From Macrostomum lignano (Eukaryota): a stretch of DNA of 54,517 bases. The position numbers and the translations under genes were made by a program. The DNA lies in the NCBI GenBank assembly GCA_002269645.1, contig NIVC01004216.1, positions 1 through 54,517 of the forward strand, in the 5' to 3' direction. This document shows positions 45,666-54,517 of the stretch, in pieces (positions within the stretch are counted from its first letter, which is position 1; each line of letters begins with the position of its first letter). The notes below the pieces were generated by a model, which saw only the letters and a list, made by a program, of their open reading frames with translations, did no database searches and was not told the origin of the DNA.

Positions 45666-48161
45666 CTCTAGCAAGGCTCGAGCAAGGACGACTTAAGTCG
45701 TCCTTGGGCCCGAGTTGATTGCAAGATTATACGAGCGGACCAAAGCTAAGATTTCAATTTAGCCCTAAATTAATGTGACAATGCTACTGCACTTAGATTC
45801 GAGCCTAGGCCAATGGCGTTAAATCTTTTTGGTAAAAAATGCACAGTTTTCTTTTGCTTTGATTAACTTTTGTTACTCTAGAAATATTAAAATATTTTAA
45901 AAAGTCTTGATTCCAAGACATCAGTTTTCGTTTTCTCCAATTACCACCGTTGTCAATGGTTTAGTTCCTTGTTTAAAATGTTCTAGCAGAAATGTCATTT
46001 TCGCGTTTTGAGTCCTTATTTTGTATTGTATTTCTTCAATTTAATATAGGCCTAACTTTTACATTTTAAATATAAAATATGTTGTTCATTATGACTTGAA
46101 TTATATATTAAAAGCCAACAATTTGCATGTCAACAGTAAACTTGTAACGAGTAAAATTGTTACTTGATTCTATTGATTTACTAATTTATGTATAGTATTT
46201 GTGTCTGCATTATGTGACAAAATGACTATAAACTATAAATTTAAGTAATAATAAATGATTTTTGTCTTCTTTGTGCAAGGGTAGATCTAGACTTTTTTAG
46301 GCCACCCTAAGGCCTAAGCCTAAACGTATTTCTGTGTCTAGTTTCTGGTTATACTTTTAAACTGAAAATTGATTCCAACTTTTATAAATATATAAAATGC
46401 AATATACAAATACAAATCCAATATTAGTTGTGTTAGTAGTAGTAGTATACCATAGTCAAGATCATGGCATGCCTGCGCTAGAATAAATTCTATCAAAAAG
46501 TTAGATTGTGCCATGCGCCAGAACAAATCCTATCAAAGAGGTTTGCTTGCACTGTGCACCAGAACAATTCCTATAAAAAGTTTGATACTAAACCTTTTGA
46601 AAAAAATTCAAAATTAATAATTTTCTAATTGAAAAATACTGGTAAAACTTGTATTTGAATCTGTTTCATAGAAAATTCAATGTTAACATAAATAAAAGCT
46701 GTCAATATAGGCCTACCAGAAAACAAAAAGAAAAGTGCTAATAAAAATAAATAATATTTTTTTGTCTTGCGCTGTACTATGCCAGATTTTTCTTCCTTGC
46801 CTACTGTTATACCAAAATGCATTGGCGTGGCACATGTCTACCCCTTTTTATGCCAGAATTTTCCATAAAAAAGGCCATCTTCCTGACTATGTCTATGAGT
46901 AGTATATTATATAATAATGAAAAAAATCATTATTAGAAGAATGGCATCATTGGCATAGATTATATGAAATAGCTTAGTTAGTCTTAGAATAATATTATAG
47001 ATTGAGTTAAATTTGCAAATTTTGTTTTCAATTTATTTATTATTATAACAATATATTCTTTTTGAAAAACAAATTATTATTGGGAGAATTTAAAAGTATT
47101 ATAAAAAAGTTTAATAGTAAACAAAGGAGGCAAAATGCTATATAATGCTTTAAATAGGCTAATTCTAAAAAATAAAAAATGAAAACTTTAAATAAGAGGA
47201 GATGTTATTTTATACCTAATTTATATAATATTAGTTAAAAGATAGTGAAATATAAGTGCATTATATTTTAGTTGTTCTTATTGACAATTAAAAAAATTTA
47301 ATTTTATTAGTATAAATCTTTTTTTAAATAAAATTATTGTCTAATAGAATTTTTACATTATGGTATTATAATGAATCTTATAAAGCTAGATAATCATAGT
47401 GAATTAGTTCTATTAAAAAGGCATAATAGATAAATAATATAATTATATTTACATTTTTATTTTGCTTAATTTATGTTTTTGTCAGATTTTTTAAAGTAAT
47501 TTATTTATATTAAAAATATATGAGCCTATAGTATAAGGGATTTTATAAAAGTTTTTAGACTTTTTATTATATATAGTTATTATGTATAGGGTTGCTTAAA
47601 TGAATAGAAATTTTTATCAATATTTTCTTTCAATTTATTTTATTGAAATATAAAGTTTCACAATAATACAATTTGCTTGCAAAAAGTTGTGAGCATTTTA
47701 AAGCTTTTCCTAAGATATTTCTATCATAATTTTGAAGTTTTACATTTTTTATATAGGAAAATAGGATATTGGTGCCAAAAATTGTCATGGGTATGACTTT
47801 GCATGGCATTTAACTTAGCTATTAATTGAATAAATTTTCAAATCAATATTTATTGCTTTTTTACTGCTCCTTAATAAAGTTTTACATCAGATGCATTTGT
47901 GTCATAGATAAAAATCATAGACAAAAACCATAGACAAAAGCCATGGACCCTTCAGCAAACTATAAAATCCCATTCATTTTTTGTAAGCAATATAAATGTA
48001 TTTTTATGATTATTCATGCTGCTGTTAGTTACATGGTGCTTAATTATTGTTGGTGACTCATTAGATAGACTGGTAATGGAAAACAAAACTGAATAGAAAA
48101 ATAGAAACCACCTGTCATTATTCCTGATAACTACTTCAGCATATATAATGTAGTAATTAGC

Positions 48162-51100
48162 ATGTCAAGTTGCAATCATCCACCCAATCAGCTGCACAAG
48201 CGATGCACAGCCTGCAGCATTGTGACATCCAAGCTGCATGGCAAATTCTGCTCAGAGTGCCGAGCTCGCGAGTCATTTGAATATTTCTGCGCCCAGTGCA
48301 TCATTGGCACTGTGGTGAACTGCCCACATTCGATTGCCAACTGGCAGAAACGCTGCTCCAAAAAGGATTGCAATGAGGTTGCAGAAAATCTTGGCAGCAA
48401 ATTCTGCTCAGAATGCGGCGCTGAAAGTTCTTTTCAGGTCTTCTGCAATTGCTGCAATGGCCAACAAGTTGCCAATGCCAGTCTGCCTTCAAACAGCCAG
48501 TCAGCTTCTTCATTGCCGCTGCCACCAGAGCAAGCCAGTCTTGTCCCTCCATCTTTGCCTGAAAATAGCAGCTGCACATCGCTGACTCAGGTGCAACTTT
48601 ATCATCCAGAGCTGCTCCAACAGGAGACTGGATTCGGTGCTACATCTGATAGGCCAATGACTAGTGGTAGCAGCTCAGAGCATGGGCAATCTCAGCCTGA
48701 TACTGCTGGGCATAATCCGGTCGCCTCAACTTCGGAGCAGCCAGCCCAGTCACACACATCTGCCATGTTGTTTGGTCCTTTGTCTGACAGTCCATCGGTA
48801 TACCAGCGGCAGCACCAAATGGACGCTGGGATGTCTGCCAGTCTTTTTAGCCAGCAGCTCCAACCAGGCGCTGGGATGTCCGTCAGTCCGTCTGACCAGC
48901 AGCTGCAGCAGCATCAAGACACCCAGGCATCTACCAGTCTGTCTGACCTGAACCAAGTCCAGCAGCAACCAGCTCAGATGTCTGCCACTCCATCTGACCA
49001 GAACCAAGTCCAGCAGCTACCAGCTCAGATGTCTGCCACTCCATCTGACCAGAACCAAGTCCAGCAGCTACTAGCTCAGATGTCTGCCAGTCCATCAAAC
49101 CAGAACCAAGTCCAGCAACTGACTGAGAGTTCATCCAGTCAGCGTCCTCAGGGAGCAGGTGAACTTACACCTGAAGCTGGTAACTCAGTGCCTTCTAGCG
49201 TGTCCGACCAGGGCTCAGAAGTTTTATCACCGCTGATAGATCACCAGAGAAAGCGACTAAGTCCTGCTGTTGAGGCGCAAGTCAAATCTAATGATCCGAG
49301 TCTGATCGAGTCTGGTTCTTCTACAATGCCTGCTTCGAGCAGCACAAGCGCCGACGACGCAAAACGTCAGAAGCTTGACGACGCTTCCCGCAAGTCTGTT
49401 GATTGCGATCTAGACACAAATAAGCAGACCGAGACGGATAAGGGCAGTGTCTCAGGTGTCAGTGGCAGTCTAGCTGAGTCGGTCAGTGGCGCAGGTGACT
49501 GCAGTCGCCATGGCGAAATTAATGCTCAAACTGATGACGCGAACACGTGCCAATCAGAAAATAGCCAAGCTGTGCAGTCACCGAAGACTGCTGGATCAAC
49601 TGATCAACAACAGTCTGAACCAGGTGTAAACTCTAAAATAATCTCTGACTCTGGCAGGAATCAACCTTCAACAGAAAAGAAAAGTGGTTCTGCTAGTACC
49701 ACAGATGACACTTTGACAAGTCAAGCACCAAAAAGTGCTGAACACGGAGAACCAATGGACACAGATGACGATGAAGGCTCTATCAGAGGTCAAAACAATG
49801 AGAATTATACTGGAAAATTCTCGTCCGAGTCTACGGATCAAGCAGTACAAAACTTAGGCGCGAAGCTAGGTGAGATTCAAATGGCCGATGCTAACGGAAA
49901 TGATTCGTTATCCAAGCAACCGGCTTCGCAGCCTACTGAACCTACAGCCAAATCGAAGACAACAGAAAAGCTTTCACAAACTAAAATCCCGAAAAGTGGT
50001 GATGATTATAATCGAATCGTAATGAACGCGTTTCCAAACGATGATCTCATGAAAGTTAAGCTCCGGTTTTTTTTTGGACATTAGGTCGTTAAATTTTAAT
50101 CCTAACAAAGACGAAATCATATTTGTGATTTGCCACGAGTCTCTCGGCGGTGGCCATGCGCACAAGTCTCCTTTTATTATGAGTAGCGATTGCATGAAAG
50201 ATTTTGCTCAAGATGATGCCAAACTTAAACTGATTCAAGTCTCTGCATCGTTTATGCTGCCGAAAAGTCTGTTAAACAAAGGATTTGACTACAAGTATGC
50301 AGTCAAAACAGACAACGCCTGGCAAGAGGCTGGTGAAAAGCGCCATATGCGATCTAAAAGCGAGCATCCGCTTTTTCAGTTTGACGGTCTAGTACAAATA
50401 CCTGATAAGCAATTACAAGAGCGTGTAACCCGCTCTTTCTGCTAGCGTTAATTATGAAAATTGCTTGCTGCATGCAGTATCGCCTAGTGTCCGAAAGTCT
50501 GCTAGCAGAGATGGCCGATAGCAAAGGCTCTGGACCAACTGCTGTGCTTAATACTATCGGCTCAATGCTTGACACTGTAAAAATTGATCAGCACGATCAC
50601 AGGATGAAAGATTTGAAACACGCGTAAGTTTAAAGTTTGTAGATATTGAATTGCGAACTTATAAAGTTTTTCAAAGCTTCTTTAGCAAAAGTCGGTTCTG
50701 GCGCTAAAGGTTCGAAGTTGCGAATAGGAAATTGAAAATAATTTTAAACTATGGAGTTCTGAGTCTTTGACTAATGAACCTAACTTTACGAGTATGGTCT
50801 CAGCAGTAGCTGTATATAGAGTTTTGAAAGTAACATTATATTACTGAAAAATTAAATTCATTAGTAAATGTAGCCCTTGTGTATTCAAGACTTGTGGTGT
50901 GTTCTATGCAAGCATTTTTCGCCTTACCACCATCCTATCTTACTACTTACTTGAGCAGACGCTGAAGAATATGCTGGAGCGAATCGCCGACTCTCCCAGC
51001 AGCTTTGGTTTCTCTGACGACGCAGATAAAACCTGGAATCAGTGGCTCAGTTGTGTCCGGCTATTTCTGTTCGCCTCTTACAACAGAATGCTTCCATTTC

Positions 51101-54100
51101 AGAGGCATTGCTCTTTTCAACTAAAGAAGGATCACGGCATTACAATTTTGAAGCTTATTTTGCCTCCCATCAGATCCTATTCAGAATCATTTCCTTCTAT
51201 TAGCAAGTGAGTGGTTTTCACGTTTTTCGTTTATTGTCAAGCTACTGGCCATCAAGGATACTATAATTACGAGTATTCTGCCCGCAGCAATGTGACTAGA
51301 AGATTTTCGGATGCTATTCAAGCCATATCCGAGTGCAGCGATTTAGATTGTCTCCCCGAGCTGTTGTACCTGGCTCCAGCTTACCATCTTATTGTGCTGG
51401 GCTTGCAACCGTTTGACTCGAGCAGTGTCTATGAAACGTACGGGCTACGGCACAATGCTCCCGATCCTGACTGGTGGGGCCTGCATGGAGTCCCTTTGGT
51501 CTTCGTTGACAAAATGAAAAGACTAAGAGACGGGTAAGAGTTTCCTTCACAAATATTTTTGCGCTTAAATTGTTTTTCCAAAATATATATTTGTATTATT
51601 TTCATATTTGTCTTTTGTGCATTTTTTGCATAAAATTGTATTTATATGCTTCCCACCTGATTTTTTCAGCTTGAACTATCAATGGCTTGAAGAATTTCTG
51701 ACTCGGTACGGCGAATTCGATCCTCTGCTAGACAGATTTTGCTTCGCTGTAGCAAAGGAGAGCGACCTGCCTAATCTGCTGAAGCTAAAATCAGCTAGTC
51801 CGGAAGTTAAACTCGCAGTTTGCCTTTATTTTATGGTTTGCAGCTCCCACGGGATGGGCAGGTACCATGGCGAAATTCTGGTAATTATATATGCATATAA
51901 TTACCATTTGCCATTTGTTAACAATACAATATTTTATATTTATTTTTGCTAATCATTGTTGAAAGCCAAATATAATTCGTGTAAATTGTAGGAACTACTA
52001 GACGTGATTCCGATTCGGCAACTCCAACCTAATTCATTAAGGCTTTGTCTATTTATCGGTGCTGATCTTTGTGAAGTGACACAACGAAAAACTATTTTAC
52101 ACGCGAGATACAGCGATATGGCAAATCAGCTGAGGTATGCATTGGTCAACTTTGTTCTTCAATGCCACCTGGAAATTAAGCGGCGTCTTCGCATGGCACC
52201 TACCGATGATAGTCTTTGCAAAGATGACGAAGTGTCTGGCTTGCGTCTCGTGCAGCTTGAATTTCATAATTTAGTTATTGGTGACAAAACTTTCGTCTCG
52301 GGGCTACTTCAAAACCTCGTTTCGAGTGTTATGGTAATGCTGAAATATGCCCATACGTGCCAATTTTTATTCAACGCATCTAACTTTAATATATCTTATT
52401 AAACTTTCATTTCCTTTAAAGAGGTATAATTATTTTACGGAACGCTAAAGGCATACGAAGAAGTGAATGCATCAGAGTTGACTCAACTTTGCTCCGAGTC
52501 GTTGAGAGAACTCTTGTCTTTGGTATCTAAAGTAAGATTCTGTGCTGTCCTTTTTCCTTTAATTTCATTTGTAGTTTTAATTATTTCAAAAACCTATCTT
52601 TATATTTTAGGACCTCATGATGGATCTTTTTAACACAGAAAATGCTATCTCTCTGCTGGAAGTCACAATGACAGGAATTGTGCTGCAGATTCTCTTGGAA
52701 AAGCTTGAAGGCGGCTCGCATAAAGGAGCTTTTTCAGAAAATTTGGTTTGTTTTTTTTATGTTTCCAAAATATTGATAAGCTTTTAAAAATTTCAGTAGA
52801 AACTGTAAGTCAGGCCACCCCACTTCATCGTCCTGTGAATTCATATATTTTATTGTAGCTACATCGAACAATTTTTAGAAAAAGGCATGGAAGGAAATCA
52901 AGAGCTTCTTTGATAGTAAACACCGCTACTCGACAAAGATCAGCGAAGTTATGTCCAACATGATTGTAACCATGAGTAACAAGTTTAAGCGATCTGAGGC
53001 CCAGCACAGTATCGATCGGTCGCTAGTTTTCGTGCTGGAATGGCCCATTGCAACTCATCTAATCGCTGAGCTCAGTAAGAAATCGATTTTTTATTAGTAA
53101 TTTTCCATTTTTACTCACAAAATCCTTTTGTGAAATATCTTTATTTGCCCATAACTTACTATGCAAGACCATTCTAGGACAAAGGCTGCTTCTATTTTCA
53201 CCAATATTTTGTTTCAAGTACTCTCTTACAGTCTTACACCTGTCTGTTTTGTTCGTTTCCATCTGACGTCTGCTTTATTTGCTTTCTTTCATTGCAGATC
53301 GCGATGGCCTCTCTGATCGATTCTCACCGAAGCGTTGAGTATTCTAAAGCATTGTTCCTCTTCTGGCTCAGCATTCCTGAGGCAGCTCTCCGCCGTTGAG
53401 TTTGTAAACTATGGAGATGTGGAATATCTGTCAAAGCAGCAAGATGCGCTAGAAACTCTTTCGCGGGCTCTCAAAAACAAATCGGACATTAAAAATCTTG
53501 TGGAAACTGCTGTTGAAATGAAGCAACAATTTGATGGTACACTGGAAGTATTAAATAATCTTCTTAATTTTCTACAACAGTTGACCGACTCCCAACTGGG
53601 TAAGCGATAATTTTTTCTTCTCTGTATTTGTTGACTTATTTCTTTTCAGTATTTTAATATCACTAAAATTATTTTTAGTGGATCTGGAAGGATTTCGGAA
53701 TTCACTGTCGTCAAGTAATTTAAAGAGAGTAGGTCTGGGATTTTTGGTAGACCACAGGCGCCAAAAAATGCTTTGCAGTTAAAGTACTTTGGAACTTTGG
53801 AGGAGTTTGAAAGCATAATTATTCAACTTGTGCCGAGATTTGAGCAGTTATCGCGGAGCAAAACCTTTGAACGGACATTTGCCAAAGCAATGCGTCTGCA
53901 ATTTAAGCGAAACAATCAGCAAAGACTGTCAATAGATCTCATTGTAGCGTGCCTCGCTGCCTCAGTTGAAGAGTGGGACGCTCAAGTTAAAAATCTGATG
54001 TCTGATGATGCCACTGTGCACACGGTTGAAACGTTTTTTGGCAACTTGTCGAAAAGCCCAACAGAATTAGCCGAGGAGTTTCGGTGCTTCCAGTGCGGAT

Positions 54101-54517
54101 GGGACCAAGATACTTGGATGGAATACCTGCGCAAGATTTTGTTTGCTCTACGGATGTCCAGCTATTCGAAAACTGCTTCTGCCATTATTAAAGTTTCCGA
54201 AAAATTCGGCATGACAGGTGAACTCCAGATGTTAAAAAGAGTTCTCCAGATGGGTGAGAGAAGCCTGGACACGCCTCTGCGCAGCATCGAGACGGCTCAC
54301 ATCGAGCAGTTCGACTACCTTGAAGAAGTTTCAAAGGACGAAAACTTTGTCCCATTGATGGATGCAATTAGTAAGAGCTACGACTTCTGCATGTGGGTTC
54401 GAACTAATGTTCAGAGACAGGATTTAAAAACATTTTTTGACCTAGCAATGATTTATCTAGGTGATTCTGGCGATATGGAACAGAAGAAAATCGAGACATT
54501 TAATCAAGTAGTCAGTG
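48162..54517 (+). CDS. RNF213: RNF213/mysterin-like giant AAA+/E3 ligase, 5' portion only (runs off the right edge); apparent frameshift at 50067-50075
   Basis: N-terminal CxxC...KFCSEC zinc-ribbon motifs resemble the RNF213 start (CPSC...KFCSQCG). They are followed by a long S/Q-rich linker and then LNFNPNKDEIIF...GGG...KSLLNKGFDYKYAV (similar to the RNF213 N-arm FPFNP...YKYVI). The last exon (~53758-54517, open to the window edge) reads FEQLSRSKTF...FCMWVRTNVQRQDLKTFFDLAMIYLGDSGDMEQKKIETFNQVV, similar to the RNF213 motif ELKVFVDLASISAGEND. Internal coding blocks are near 50478-50623, 50956-51206, 51242-51534, 51670-51881, 51993-52333, 52400-52511, 52611-52742 and 53299-53598; their exact splicing is not fully resolved. 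Confidence 0.85.

Noticed and set aside
50055-50084. 30-nt intron rescuing the RNF213-like frame
   Set aside because: Its length is a multiple of three and splicing gives GTC GTT AAA TTT TAA, an immediate stop.

Overview
This is eukaryotic (invertebrate animal) genomic DNA with GT-AG introns and GC-rich exons in an AT-rich, minisatellite-dense background. The style is consistent with a flatworm such as Macrostomum, but the organism cannot be established from the sequence alone. I reconstructed these genes by reading splice sites and checking phases: (1) a 10-exon RIG-I/MDA5-like receptor (RLR) with two CARD-like regions, a DECH helicase and a Zn-binding C-terminal domain (6005-14149, +); (2) the first three exons of a near-identical inverted RLR paralog running off the left edge (81-731, -); (3) a class A peptide-type GPCR that splices in phase to a signal-peptide/propeptide exon (15518-18860, -); (4) an intronless class A GPCR (23185-24210, -); (5) a 6-exon SLC16/MCT-type MFS transporter (29331-40231, -); (6) a divergent 3-exon P-loop sulfotransferase-family gene (42991-44882, +); (7) the 5' part of an RNF213/mysterin-like gene running off the right edge (48162-54517, +). 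The window also holds a hAT MITE with a perfect 8-bp TSD at the breakpoint of the RLR inverted duplication, a Tc1/mariner deletion derivative, two copies of a tRNA-derived SINE, a Helentron-like element, foldback MITEs and about 20 tandem arrays. There are no prokaryotic features or CRISPR arrays. All family assignments come from recalled motifs; no database searches were run.
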